Below, in pieces: positions 39,168-49,677 of a stretch of 64,000 bases of DNA (position 1 is the stretch's first letter; every line of letters starts with the position of its first letter). The notes under the pieces were generated by a model that worked only from the letters and a program-made list of their open reading frames with translations, was not told the origin of the DNA and ran no database searches. The translations under genes were made by a program, and so were the position numbers. The stretch is from positions 2,112,001 to 2,176,000 of the forward strand of contig CBDEGZ010000003.1 in NCBI GenBank assembly GCA_965238175.1. Reading direction: 5' to 3'. This DNA is from Gammaproteobacteria bacterium. Lineage in GTDB: Bacteria > Pseudomonadota > Gammaproteobacteria > CAJXQU01.

Positions 39168-40181
39168 TTATTTTATGATCTGCTGTAATTCTTTTGGTAA
39201 TGGTGCATCAATAGAAATTCGATCCATATCAGCAAGCTGAAAGCTTAAATGACTTGCATGCAGAAACAAACGTCTTAGTCCTTTTTTTTTCAATTTTTTA
39301 TTAAATTCATCATCCCCATACTTCTCATCCAAAGCAATTGGCATGCCCATGTGGGCACAATGGGCACGAATTTGATGTGTTCGGCCAGTATGTAACGTTA
39401 CTTTTAATAATGATGTGTCAGGAAATCGTTTTACCAATTCAAACTCTGTCAACGCTGACTTGCCATTCTCATCAACACGAACAACTCTTTCTCCGCCAGA
39501 AAGACTATTTTTAACTAAGGGTGCATCGACAATTTGTTTTCCACCTTTCCACTTGCCCTTGACCAACGCAAGGTACTGTTTATCCATCTTGTTCGTTTTT
39601 ATTAATTTATTCATTTGCCGTAAAACGGCAGGTTTTTTTACTAGAATCAAACAACCCGAGGTGGCTCGATCAAGCCTATGGGCAAGTTCGATATAATTAC
39701 TCTTGAATTCAGGCATGCTTCGAAACGCTTCGATTATCCCAAAATCACATCCAGTACCGGCATGAACAGGAATACCTGAAGGTTTGTTGAGGATCAAAAA
39801 AGCATCATCTTCAAAAAGGATACTTGCTTTGAGTTGATCAATGACTCGATGAGGAATTTTTAATTCGAAATTTTCCTCAAGATAAACTGGAGGAAGACGC
39901 AAATTATCATCTGGTTGCAAACGATAATTAGGTTTTATCCTTTTTTTATTAATTCGAACCTCACCCTTACGTAACATTTTATAAATGCGACCTTTGGGTA
40001 TAGTCTTAAAAAAATGACTTAGAAAATTGTCTATGCGACGACCAGCATGATCATTATCAATCGTAATATATTGTACTGTCTGGTAACTTACTGAGTCTAA
40101 ATTTGCAGAATCTACTGACGAAGTTATTATAGTCTTTTGCGAAGGCTTGTTGCTGATAGGATCCAAGCTTGCTATTATCAC
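39168..40181 (-). CDS. rluC: 23S rRNA pseudouridine synthase RluC
   Basis: RIDNFL S4 domain, HRLDRATSG, TGRTHQIR; divergent from rne; start uncertain. Confidence 0.93.
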   Translation of the reverse strand: MIIASLDPISNKPSQKTIITSSVDSANLDSVSYQTVQYITIDNDHAGRRIDNFLSHFFKTIPKGRIYKMLRKGEVRINKKRIKPNYRLQPDDNLRLPPVYLEENFELKIPHRVIDQLKASILFEDDAFLILNKPSGIPVHAGTGCDFGIIEAFRSMPEFKSNYIELAHRLDRATSGCLILVKKPAVLRQMNKLIKTNKMDKQYLALVKGKWKGGKQIVDAPLVKNSLSGGERVVRVDENGKSALTEFELVKRFPDTSLLKVTLHTGRTHQIRAHCAHMGMPIALDEKYGDDEFNKKLKKKGLRRLFLHASHLSFQLADMDRISIDAPLPKELQQIIK

Positions 40182-40485
40182 ACGACAGGTTTCGTTCGTC
40201 CATGGAATGTGGCGTCAGAGGGAAGGTGTTAATCATCACGAAACCTTGACTAAATCAAATAAAAGAATAAAACAGACTAATTATAAGTCTGAGATAAAGA
40301 ATTTTATCAATCAGTCTTTGACAAATAGTTGAATGACTGATTGCAACAGCGCTCCCAATATAGATCAGAACTATTTATGAACTTCTAACGTAAGACATAG
40401 CTAATATTTTAGTTAGGTTTATACGTATTTTTAAGAAGCTAGAATATGATCCATAAGAAGGTTGAGCGCCTACCAGGAACATACA

Positions 40486-42861
40486 ATGAAACGCATGATA
40501 ATTAACGCAACTCAGCCAGAAGAGTTGCGCGTTGCCCTTGTTGATGGGCAAAAACTTTATGACCTAGATATTGAAACGGTCGGAAAAGAACAAAAGAAAT
40601 CAAACATTTACAAAGCTAAAATCATCCGAATAGAGCCCAGTCTAGAAGCGGCTTTTGTGGATTACGGTGCTGAACGCCACGGCTTCTTACCACTGAAAGA
40701 AATCTCACGATCTGTTTTTATCAAACCACAATCAGGTAGTGGGCGCGTCAATATCAAAGACGCTATTAAAGAAGGACAGGAAATAATCGTCCAGGTCGAA
40801 AAAGAAGAACGTGGTAATAAAGGAGCAGCTTTAACGACATTTGTCAGCCTGGCTGGACGATATTTGGTTGCAATGCCGGATAACCCAAGAGCTGGTGGTG
40901 TCTCTCGTCAGATTGAAGGATCTGATCGAGAAGAATCCAAACAAGCAATGAGTGAGCTTAACATCCCAGAGGGAATGGGCTTAATTCTAAGAACAGCGGG
41001 TGTAGGGAAAGCATCTGAAGAACTACAATGGGATCTCGATTATCTCATGCAATTGTGGAGTGCGATTGAAGAAGCTGCTGAAACAAAGGCCGGCCCTTTT
41101 CTCATTTATCAAGAACATGATGTCATTATTCGTGCAATCAGAGACTATCTGAGAAATGATATCTCAGAAATTTTGGTTGATGACGAGACGCTTTACAAGA
41201 AAGCCGTGGAATTTATGCAACAGGTTATGCCACATAATCTTCATAAATTAAAACATTATCAAGATTCTACCCCACTTTTCACACGCTATCAGATCGAAAG
41301 TCAGATCGAAACTGCGTTTGGACGTGAAGTCCGACTACCTTCTGGGGGTTCGCTTGTCATTGAACCTACTGAAGCTCTAACTACAATTGATATCAATTCA
41401 GCGAGAGCGACTAAAGGCAGCGATATTGAAGAAACTGCATTAAACACAAACCTTGAAGCTGCAGATGAGGTTGCTCGACAATTAAGGCTACGCGATCTTG
41501 GCGGCTTAGTCGTGATCGATTTTATCGATATGTTAGCAGCACGAAACCAGCGTAAAGTAGAAACTCGTATTAAAGATGCTCTAAAGGTTGATCGTGCTCG
41601 GGTTCAGATTGGTCGTATATCCCGATTTGGCCTTCTTGAAATGTCACGTCAACGCTTAAGTGCCTCTTTGATTGAAGGCACGCATGAAACTTGTCCACGT
41701 TGTAGTGGCTTAGGAACCATACGCGGCACAGCTTCATTAGGTCTATCCTTATTAAGGATTATTCAAGAAGAAGCGATGAAAGACAATGTTGGCCGTGTAG
41801 TTGTACAGTTACCTGTAGATACGGCTACATTTTTACTAAATGAAAAGCGTTCTGAAATTACAGATCTGGAAAGTAGATTGGGAGTTGATGTTCTTATGAT
41901 CCCCAATCCGCAGCTTCAAACACCTCACTACGAAGTTGAACGTTTTCGCAAACAAGTCATGGAATCTTCTGACTGGAAAGAAGAACCTAGCTACGAATTG
42001 ATAAAAATCTCTGAAGAAGAGAATTCAGTTTCAACGCATTCTGAAAAGCCGGTAGCTGAGCAAGCAGCCGTTCAAGAGATTAGTCGTTCTACGCCAAAAC
42101 CGACTAAAGCTGAACCGGCTATTGCCTCGCAAGGTGGAATTATTAAACGTATGTTCTCAGGTTTATTTGGTTCTGGAACAGCAAATAAAACAACAGAGAA
42201 AGAAGAACAAACAGAGACGGCAACAAAAGAAAAACCCAGACAACAAAATCGTTCCCGTAATAATACAAATAGTGAGCGTAAGCCTGGACAAAAGAACCAG
42301 CCTACGCGCCGAAAAGCTACATCTAAAAAAACTGCTTCCAAGAAGAAAACTGCTTCCAAGAAGAAAACAACTTCCAGAAAGACAACAGCTAAGAAAGTAG
42401 ATAATACGAAATCGAGTGAATCTGAGTCTAGTAAAGAACCTGCAGTTGAAACCACAAAAGAAGTGACTAAAGCTGAAACACAGTCACAAGATAAAAAACC
42501 AAGAAATGATCGTCCTAGACGAGGGCCAAGAACTCGACGAAGTAATCGAAGTAGAAAACGCTCTGAGGATCAGAATAAACAACAAGTCGAAAACGATAGT
42601 TCTAAATCTGATCAAAAAACTGTACCTGATCAAAAACCCGAACCAAATAAGAAACCGGCTGAGATCTCTGAAGTGGAGACTCCTGTAAAAGCAGTTGAGA
42701 AAAAAGCACTAACATCCAATATGGTTGAGAAAGCCGTAGAGTCTGTAGCAGTGGCTTCAACATCAAAAGTAACAGCTACTGCATCTGATGCCTCTTCGAC
42801 AATCGAAAATGTTGTTTCTGAAGATAAAAAAACACTAAAAGAACTGAAAGCTGAAGATTGA
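40486..42861 (+). CDS. rne: Ribonuclease E
   Basis: [38 protein letters not shown]; disordered C-terminal half. Confidence 0.97.
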   Translation: MKRMIINATQPEELRVALVDGQKLYDLDIETVGKEQKKSNIYKAKIIRIEPSLEAAFVDYGAERHGFLPLKEISRSVFIKPQSGSGRVNIKDAIKEGQEIIVQVEKEERGNKGAALTTFVSLAGRYLVAMPDNPRAGGVSRQIEGSDREESKQAMSELNIPEGMGLILRTAGVGKASEELQWDLDYLMQLWSAIEEAAETKAGPFLIYQEHDVIIRAIRDYLRNDISEILVDDETLYKKAVEFMQQVMPHNLHKLKHYQDSTPLFTRYQIESQIETAFGREVRLPSGGSLVIEPTEALTTIDINSARATKGSDIEETALNTNLEAADEVARQLRLRDLGGLVVIDFIDMLAARNQRKVETRIKDALKVDRARVQIGRISRFGLLEMSRQRLSASLIEGTHETCPRCSGLGTIRGTASLGLSLLRIIQEEAMKDNVGRVVVQLPVDTATFLLNEKRSEITDLESRLGVDVLMIPNPQLQTPHYEVERFRKQVMESSDWKEEPSYELIKISEEENSVSTHSEKPVAEQAAVQEISRSTPKPTKAEPAIASQGGIIKRMFSGLFGSGTANKTTEKEEQTETATKEKPRQQNRSRNNTNSERKPGQKNQPTRRKATSKKTASKKKTASKKKTTSRKTTAKKVDNTKSSESESSKEPAVETTKEVTKAETQSQDKKPRNDRPRRGPRTRRSNRSRKRSEDQNKQQVENDSSKSDQKTVPDQKPEPNKKPAEISEVETPVKAVEKKALTSNMVEKAVESVAVASTSKVTATASDASSTIENVVSEDKKTLKELKAED
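42328..42363 (+). repeat. 18-bp tandem repeat encoding KTASKK in the RNase E C-terminal domain
   Basis: AAAACTGCTTCCAAGAAG x2. Confidence 0.85.
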
Positions 42862-42903
42862 TTTGTAGAAATTCAGATTTGATCTGACAGTTACCCAATT
42901 ATC

Positions 42904-44129
42904 TGTAGAAATTCAGACTTGATCTGACAGTTACCCCTTTTTCTGTAACTGACTGTCAGGTTAAGTTTAGTTCACAAACTTTTCCTTCCAGATAGCTTGT
43001 CCGTCGATGAGTGTTTCCATCGGCGTCCTCCCGCAGCACATTTTGCCTTGGTGAGTTCGTTGAGTATTGTATTTGAGCAACCATTCGTCAAGGTCGAGTT
43101 GCAGTTCATCAATCGATTGGTAAATTTTCTTACGCAAAGCGACTTGATAAAACTCATTGAGGATCGTCTTATGGAATCGCTCACAAATACCATTCGTCTG
43201 AGGTGATTTGACCTTGGTTTTGGTGTGTTCGATATTGTTCAACGCCATATAAAGCTGATAATCATGCTGGTCAGCTCGCCCACAATACTCCGTCCCTCTA
43301 TCTGTCAAAATGCGCAACATAGGCAAACGTTGTTCTTCGTAGAATGGGAGGACGCGGTCATTGAGCATGTCAGCTGCCGTAATCGGTGTTTTAGTCGGGT
43401 ACAGTTTCGCGTGAGCGACCTTGCTGTAAGTATCAACAAACGTTTGTTGATAAACCCGACCAATGCCTTTGAAAGTACCGACATAGTAAGTATCTTGCGA
43501 GCCAAGATAACCAGGGTGTGCCGTCTCTATCTCGCCACAAGCCTCATCGTCGTCTTTCTTGCGTTCCATCGCCGCGACTTGAGACTCAGTGAGGATCAAG
43601 CCTTCACCAGCTACCTTATCAGACAATGCCTTCAGGCGATCTTTAAAGCAAGCAAGACCATGACGAAGCCAGATACAACGAACGCCACTGGGTGAGACAA
43701 ATGTTCCCCGTTTGCGCAGCTCGTTACTGGTGCGCGTTTGACCATGTGCGGGCTCTTCCAGTGCATACTCGAGCACAACGGTTTCAATAGCCGGGTCGAT
43801 TCTGTTTTTAAGATTTGGGGTACGCCGATTACGATCAAACAAGGCTTCTACACCGCCTTCATCAGCCGCTTCTTTGTAGCGATAAAATGTATCTCTGGAC
43901 AAACCCATCATCTTGCAGGCTTTTGAGACATTGCCGAGTTCTTCAGCGAGATTGAGTAGACCAACTTTATGTTTTATAACTTTGTCATTAGTATGAATCA
44001 TGAGAGTTACCTCTTTGTGTTTTGATGTTTACGTTGCAGTTACATCAAAGCGGGTAACTCTCACTAAATCAAGCGTCGCTACGCTCCGCTTGATTTAGTG
44101 ATGTGTCAGATTGGGTCTAAACTTCTACA
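42904..44129 (-). mobile_element. IS481-family element (inner copy, 1226 bp) with 7-bp TSD
   Basis: TGT..ACA imperfect IRs; AATTATC at 42897-42903 and 44130-44136. Confidence 0.9.
42967..44001 (-). CDS. IS481-family transposase
   Basis: GNVSKACK HTH; SQDT, LTDRGTEYCG, PQTNGICERFH (DDE). Confidence 0.93.
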   Translation of the reverse strand: MIHTNDKVIKHKVGLLNLAEELGNVSKACKMMGLSRDTFYRYKEAADEGGVEALFDRNRRTPNLKNRIDPAIETVVLEYALEEPAHGQTRTSNELRKRGTFVSPSGVRCIWLRHGLACFKDRLKALSDKVAGEGLILTESQVAAMERKKDDDEACGEIETAHPGYLGSQDTYYVGTFKGIGRVYQQTFVDTYSKVAHAKLYPTKTPITAADMLNDRVLPFYEEQRLPMLRILTDRGTEYCGRADQHDYQLYMALNNIEHTKTKVKSPQTNGICERFHKTILNEFYQVALRKKIYQSIDELQLDLDEWLLKYNTQRTHQGKMCCGRTPMETLIDGQAIWKEKFVN

Positions 44130-44159
44130 AATTATCAGTAACCGACTGTCAGGTTAAGT

Positions 44160-45194
44160 TTAATTCACAAACTTTTCCTTCCAGATAGCTTGTCCGTCGA
44201 TGAGTGTTTCCATCGGCGTCCTCCCGCAGCACATTTTGCCTTGGTGAGTTCGTTGAGTATTGTATTTGAGCAACCATTCGTCAAGGTCGAGTTGCAGTTC
44301 ATCAATCGATTGGTAAATTTTCTTACGCAAAGCGACTTGATAAAACTCATTGAGGATCGTCTTATGGAATCGCTCACAAATACCATTCGTCTGAGGTGAT
44401 TTGACCTTGGTTTTGGTGTGTTCGATATTGTTCAACGCCATATAAAGCTGATAATCATGCTGGTCAGCTCGCCCACAATACTCCGTCCCTCTATCTGTCA
44501 AAATGCGCAACATAGGCAAACGTTGTTCTTCGTAGAATGGGAGGACGCGGTCATTGAGCATGTCAGCTGCCGTAATCGGTGTTTTAGTCGGGTACAGTTT
44601 CGCGTGAGCGACCTTGCTGTAAGTATCAACAAACGTTTGTTGATAAACCCGACCAATGCCTTTGAAAGTACCGACATAGTAAGTATCTTGCGAGCCAAGA
44701 TAACCAGGGTGTGCCGTCTCTATCTCGCCACAAGCCTCATCGTCGTCTTTCTTGCGTTCCATCGCCGCGACTTGAGACTCAGTGAGGATCAAGCCTTCAC
44801 CAGCTACCTTATCAGACAATGCCTTCAGGCGATCTTTAAAGCAAGCAAGACCATGACGAAGCCAGATACAACGAACGCCACTGGGTGAGACAAATGTTCC
44901 CCGTTTGCGCAGCTCGTTACTGGTGCGCGTTTGACCATGTGCGGGCTCTTCCAGTGCATACTCGAGCACAACGGTTTCAATAGCCGGGTCGATTCTGTTT
45001 TTAAGATTTGGGGTACGCCGATTACGATCAAACAAGGCTTCTACACCGCCTTCATCAGCCGCTTCTTTGTAGCGATAAAATGTATCTCTGGACAAACCCA
45101 TCATCTTGCAGGCTTTTGAGACATTGCCGAGTTCTTCAGCGAGATTGAGTAGACCAACTTTATGTTTTATAACTTTGTCATTAGTATGAATCAT
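44160..45194 (-). CDS. IS481-family transposase (protein identical to the other copy)
   Basis: Same 344-aa translation. Confidence 0.93.
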   Translation of the reverse strand: MIHTNDKVIKHKVGLLNLAEELGNVSKACKMMGLSRDTFYRYKEAADEGGVEALFDRNRRTPNLKNRIDPAIETVVLEYALEEPAHGQTRTSNELRKRGTFVSPSGVRCIWLRHGLACFKDRLKALSDKVAGEGLILTESQVAAMERKKDDDEACGEIETAHPGYLGSQDTYYVGTFKGIGRVYQQTFVDTYSKVAHAKLYPTKTPITAADMLNDRVLPFYEEQRLPMLRILTDRGTEYCGRADQHDYQLYMALNNIEHTKTKVKSPQTNGICERFHKTILNEFYQVALRKKIYQSIDELQLDLDEWLLKYNTQRTHQGKMCCGRTPMETLIDGQAIWKEKFVN

Positions 45195-45445
45195 GAGAGT
45201 TACCTCTTTGTGTTTTGATGTTTACGTTGCAGTTACATCAAAGCGGGTAACTCTCACTAAATCAAGCGTCGCTACGCTCCGCTTGATTTAGTGATGTGTC
45301 AGATTGGGTCTAAACTTCTACACATAATTGCCTTTGCGCCGCAGACTACATAACGCTTACAGCAGCGGAAAAGTGGTGTGGCGGCCTTTTTGTGCTTTTT
45401 TTGCAAAAAGGGTGACGCACCAATTTTTCCGACTGCCTGTACTTG

Positions 45446-45757
45446 TTAAGTTTTAATTTCATTCAGGTTCTCCATAAAATCCTGCAATTCCTTTGGCCAG
45501 GCTTTTGATGTGTGCTTTCCCATGTAAGCACTAATTTCTGGGTGCTCAACAAGCTCGAACCCATACGACTTATCCATAGGGTAGGTTTCCATATCATTCA
45601 GGCCATTAAAAGCAATGGTCAGCTGTGAGCTGTTGTCTGGACGTGCAATAACCCAAAATCCCGAAAACCTGTAGTCATCGCCGGGGAGCTCATCTAGAAC
45701 TCGCCAATGATTGCGCTCTAGAGTATTCCTTAATTGCTTGAGAGTGATCTCGCTCAT
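45446..45757 (-). CDS. Cassette hypothetical protein
   Basis: Starts MSEITLK after the core site; stop inside attC. Confidence 0.8.
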   Translation of the reverse strand: MSEITLKQLRNTLERNHWRVLDELPGDDYRFSGFWVIARPDNSSQLTIAFNGLNDMETYPMDKSYGFELVEHPEISAYMGKHTSKAWPKELQDFMENLNEIKT

Positions 45758-45874
45758 ATTTGGAAACTTAACGCCTTTGTAACAGGCTAATTTTTGTGAA
45801 GCAGTTTGTGTGATACTGACGCGCAGCGGCAACACAAAATGCGTAGCTAAAATTTGTCCTTGTTGACAAACTTG

Positions 45875-46124
45875 ATACTCATTGAGCCTTCTCCTTTAGT
45901 TTAGCGAAACTCGCTAAACTGAAGGTGATAAAACCAAAACAGGAGAAAGCCCAATGAATTTTTATAATAACCTACACCCTTATTATTGTGGTATCGATTT
46001 ACACGCACGGATCCTTTATGTTTGTATTATAGATCAGGAAGGTCAAATCTGCGTTCATAAAGAAATCTCGGCCAGTCCTGATAAGTTAAAAAAACTGCTC
46101 GAACCCTACCTGGGCAATATTATC
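45875..46124 (+). pseudogene. Truncated IS110-family element inserted in an attC site
   Basis: MNFYNNLHPYYCGIDLHARILYVC (DEDD RuvC-like N-terminus) from 45954; the attC at 45767 breaks off at ACAAACTTG; cut by IS3. Confidence 0.8.
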
Positions 46125-46153
46125 TGTAATGGTCAAGTAATCTTGAAGTAAAT

Positions 46154-47039
46154 TTAAGCCACTTTTTTCAATGCTGCTGTTTTCTGTGCGGGTGTGATAT
46201 AACCAAGCGAAGAATGTAATCGTCTGTAGTTATAAAAATAAAGGTAACTCTCTATAGCAGTAACGGCCGCAATATGATTAATAAAACTTAACAGATTCAA
46301 TCGTTCTGTTTTTAAACTCCTGAAGAATCGTTCCATCACACTATTATGCCCAAAGCACTTCGTGGGGCAGGCTCTCCCAACAATTTCCGCGACGACTCAT
46401 GCTCTGAGTGATATTTAGCTTGTTTAGATAATTAACAAACACATTAGCAGAATACTGTACGCCCTGATCGGAATGAAAAAGTAATTGACGCGTGTCAGGC
46501 TGTTGCCTTCGAATAGCATGACGCAGTGCTTCCTTTGCTAATGCCGCATTGGGGTGTTTAGACATCGCCCAACCAACAATCTCTTTTGACCCTAAATCGA
46601 GCACGCATGCCAGATAACTCCAACCTTGATGTGTGCGAACATAAGTAATATCACCCACCCAATGCGTGTTGATTGTTTTCGGATAAAATTGACGTTCAAG
46701 AATATTTTCTGCTTTGATATGGGATCTGCCTGTGTTTGGATAGTAATGCCTTTTCCGAGGCGTAATGGCAAACACATTCGCTTTTCTCATCAATGTGGCG
46801 GTCCGATAGACGCCAAGAGAAAAACCTTTGTTTAATAACGTTACATGCATGCGGCGTTTGCTGTATGAGTAGTTTGTCTCAACCGCGATGGTTTTGATTG
46901 ATTCCATCATGATACGCTCTTCATGATCAATCGGCTTATGTCGACATTGGTAATAATAGGTACTGATACTGGTTTGGAAGACGCGACAAAGTTCGTGAAC
47001 CGTATAATCAGGGTTGGCCTTTTTCATCTGAATGATCAA
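46154..47039 (-). pseudogene. IS3 transposase OrfB, frameshifted by a 28-bp insertion
   Basis: WVGDITY, HSDQGVQY, SRRGNCW then MERFFRSLKTE in another frame. Confidence 0.88.
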
Positions 47040-47347
47040 CTTAGTTTGTCGTTGTCTTGAATGAAAAAAGCTGCGGCCTTTTTTAATATTTCATTGTCCC
47101 GTTTCGCACGCCAAAGCTGTTTTTCTAATTCTTGGATCTTCTGTTGTTCTGCCGTCAGTGCTTTTTTACCTTGGGGTGTTTGTCCCTTTATTTCAGCTAA
47201 ATATTGTCGCTTCCAGCGAGAGACAGCCGTGGCGCCTGCACCCGATATTTCTCTGATCTGCAGATTAGTATAACCTTCGTTGACCATTAGTTTGGCATAT
47301 TCCAATTTCTGCTCAACTGAAAAAGTAACACCTTGTTTTCGGTCCAT
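47036..47347 (-). CDS. IS3 transposase OrfA
   Basis: HTH plus ELEKQL..DNEILKKAAAFF. Confidence 0.9.
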   Translation of the reverse strand: MDRKQGVTFSVEQKLEYAKLMVNEGYTNLQIREISGAGATAVSRWKRQYLAEIKGQTPQGKKALTAEQQKIQELEKQLWRAKRDNEILKKAAAFFIQDNDKLS

Positions 47348-47557
47348 TTATAGCTCCTATTAATATTTCAAAATGTTAGGCTATAAATCCATTCAAGATG
47401 ATTAGACCATTACACTTGAGCGTGACTCTATTAATTGTATGAATTCTTGCACGCAACCTCCCTTGTCTTATAACGCCTTACTCACAGGAAAAATAAAGCA
47501 TAGTGATTGAGACGAACGACGCTTTAGTTTTTCCTGTGGAGTTACTTGTTATGTGTA

Positions 47558-47842
47558 TTATTGCTGCTTACCAAAACCATTTCCCCAGATAACACCTTTC
47601 GAAGAAATTTCTAGAACTGATGTTGAATTCAATTCTGTCCAATGTGGTTTGGTTAAACAATCATATTCCAAAATTTGATAATTTCTGCCACAGTTTTTCC
47701 AGTTCATACAAGGGCATAGATTTGGATTTTTATCCCAAGGTATTTTTGAACGTAATACTAACTCAGCGACAGCATCCTCAAATGTGTCGTACTCACCTTG
47801 CGGTTCTGCGTGTATTTCATCTTCTATTACGAATTTGATCAT
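47558..47842 (-). CDS. Cassette hypothetical protein
   Basis: ORF bounded by attC sites; CPCxxWxxCGR. Confidence 0.8.
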   Translation of the reverse strand: MIKFVIEDEIHAEPQGEYDTFEDAVAELVLRSKIPWDKNPNLCPCMNWKNCGRNYQILEYDCLTKPHWTELNSTSVLEISSKGVIWGNGFGKQQ

Positions 47843-47945
47843 AGTATTTACACATAACGCTTTTGTAACGGGCCGCGTTGCCGCGAAGCGGCACTTTTAG
47901 CAGTCCAGCCCGAAGGGCGATCGTTGACAAACTTGTTATTGGGCA

Positions 47946-48179
47946 TTAAACCTCGCTCTCGGACAGTTCTACAAAATTAGATACATCAAAGCCACTAAAA
48001 ACTTTTCCGCTCTTATGGCCTGAGACCACGCAATGCTCTGGCATATTTGGAATTTCGCCATGAAACACAAAAATATTTTCTGAGAGTAATGGTGATTGAA
48101 TATGCCCATTTTCTTTCAGCCACGCTTTCATTTCTTCTGTGACCTTAACTAGAGCATATTGTCTAATCGATTCGCTCAT
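47946..48179 (-). CDS. Cassette hypothetical protein
   Basis: ORF bounded by attC sites; GEIPNMPEHCVV. Confidence 0.8.
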   Translation of the reverse strand: MSESIRQYALVKVTEEMKAWLKENGHIQSPLLSENIFVFHGEIPNMPEHCVVSGHKSGKVFSGFDVSNFVELSESEV

Positions 48180-48245
48180 ACTTATTTATGCCCTATAACG
48201 CCGGCATCACCAGCCGGAGGTCGGGTGCATGCCTTTGTTAGGTGC

Positions 48246-48701
48246 TCAGTCTTCATACACTATCTTGTATTTACTTCTGGGATCAAAATGTTTACTTATT
48301 TTACGCTCAAAGTCATTCCATTGAGAATTAATATACGATACAGGGTTTCTTGAAATATCTTTCCAGCTTACATTATCAAAAATAAATAAATTTGAATGAT
48401 CTGTGTCGTATGTCCCATATTTCTTTTCTTTGGGAAGCCATAACAAAATAAAGTCAGGGGAATAACCTTCACATGATTTCACAAGATTGACTGCTTCAAT
48501 TTCATAATGCCCAAATGGTCCAGTTTCTACTTGCTCTGTAGATGGGTAGTATTCTTCTTCAAGCTCAACTTCAATTATCTCTATAGATAATTCATCAATA
48601 TCTTTAAGAGAGACTTTTCCACACTCACATAAACTCTCATCATATTTTAGGGTTTGTTTATTCGTTAAAAAATTTTCTAGTTCAATGCATAATTCCATCA
48701 T
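48246..48701 (-). CDS. Cassette hypothetical protein (acidic, immunity-like)
   Basis: ORF bounded by attC sites; LLWLP..YGTYDTDH. Confidence 0.75.
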   Translation of the reverse strand: MMELCIELENFLTNKQTLKYDESLCECGKVSLKDIDELSIEIIEVELEEEYYPSTEQVETGPFGHYEIEAVNLVKSCEGYSPDFILLWLPKEKKYGTYDTDHSNLFIFDNVSWKDISRNPVSYINSQWNDFERKISKHFDPRSKYKIVYED

Positions 48702-48767
48702 GGCACCTAACGCCGCCAACACCGGAGAAGCGCGCAGCGCTGAATCCGAGTGATTGGCCTTGTTAAA

Positions 48768-49103
48768 TTATTCCACAGCAAACTTAACGGTATAAAGTAG
48801 ATGCGATGGAACAAGTATTCTTTTAAACTCAAGTATTTCATAACCTGTATATTCGTCACGTTCCGCTAAGAATCGTCACGTTCCGCTAAGAATTTTTCTG
48901 CTTCTTTTACCACAGCTTTTCTAGCTTTCTTATCTATACCGTTTGTTCTAAGTTCATTCCCACCGTACATAACTTTAAGTGTATAAACATCATTCCCAAC
49001 TGCTTCAAATTTGTTCCCATACAAAGCAGTGGTCGTAATACATCCAACTAACGTCACCAAAAAAAACCATTAATGTAACTTTTGACCATGTCACTACCTT
49101 CAT
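48768..49103 (-). pseudogene. Lipoprotein cassette with homopolymer frameshift and 20-bp tandem duplication
   Basis: LVGC lipobox is out of frame with the ATG at 49103 (A8 run 49059-49066); TCGTCACGTTCCGCTAAGAA x2 at 48853-48892. Confidence 0.75.
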
Positions 49104-49197
49104 ATTTCATTTCTCTTAGTTGATTAAATTTAACGCCTTGCTCAGCGGGGAAATGCGAGCGCTTTGCAGCGAGTAGTTTTTCCAATGAAGCAACTTG

Positions 49198-49577
49198 TTA
49201 TGTAAATTTATAGTTAGCTAAAACACCACCTCTCCAATCTTCATAACTGTACTTAATTTTTTGAGTTAAAAGATTATCAATGTTTTTACGCCAAGCCCTA
49301 ATGTCTCCATGATTTATACCAATCCCTTTTCGGCAAAAGATTTTATACGATCGAGCTTATCTATTGAATTTGGCTCAGTGTATGTTGTACCAACTACGTA
49401 ATAAAGCAAATGAAGAAAGAAATTTTGTTTAGGGCACTTATGGTCTGTTGCAAACTCAATGAAGAGATTTACTTCTCTTGTCCAAGACAAGAATAAGTCC
49501 CATTCGTTATCTGGCCAATCCTCATTTGAATATGCCCATTGTTTTACCTCTTCAACTGAAGGATTACTTACATCCAT
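49198..49577 (-). pseudogene. Frameshifted cassette gene
   Basis: 87-aa ORF stops at 49314; another frame continues GINHGDIRAW..NYKFT to a stop in attC. Confidence 0.7.
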
Positions 49578-49677
49578 ATTCTACTCATTATTGTTTTTGC
49601 GTCGCAGACTACATAACTTAATATAACGGGGAAATGCGAGCGCTTTACAGCGAGTAGTTTTCCCGTTGATGTTTTTG

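Larger units (their letters stand above)
42864..45322 (-). mobile_element. IS481-family element (outer copy, 1226 bp, interrupted by the inner copy)
   Basis: Ends TGTAGAAATTCAGATTTGATCTGACA (42864) and TGTCAGATTGGGTCTAAACTTCTACA (to 45322); flanks ATTGATT and CATAATT do not match. Confidence 0.85.
46125..47414 (-). mobile_element. IS3-family element, orfB disrupted
   Basis: IRs TGTAATGGTCAAGTAATCTTGAA and TTCAAGATGATTAGACCATTACA; no TSD (TATC vs CTTG). Confidence 0.9.

Noticed and set aside
42864-45322. Simple tandem duplication or composite transposon of IS481
   Set aside because: The AATTATC TSD and the split end show nesting, and there is no cargo between the copies.
46348-46375. Group II intron in the IS3
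   Set aside because: The insert is only 28 bp, with no RT ORF or recognisable intron domains.
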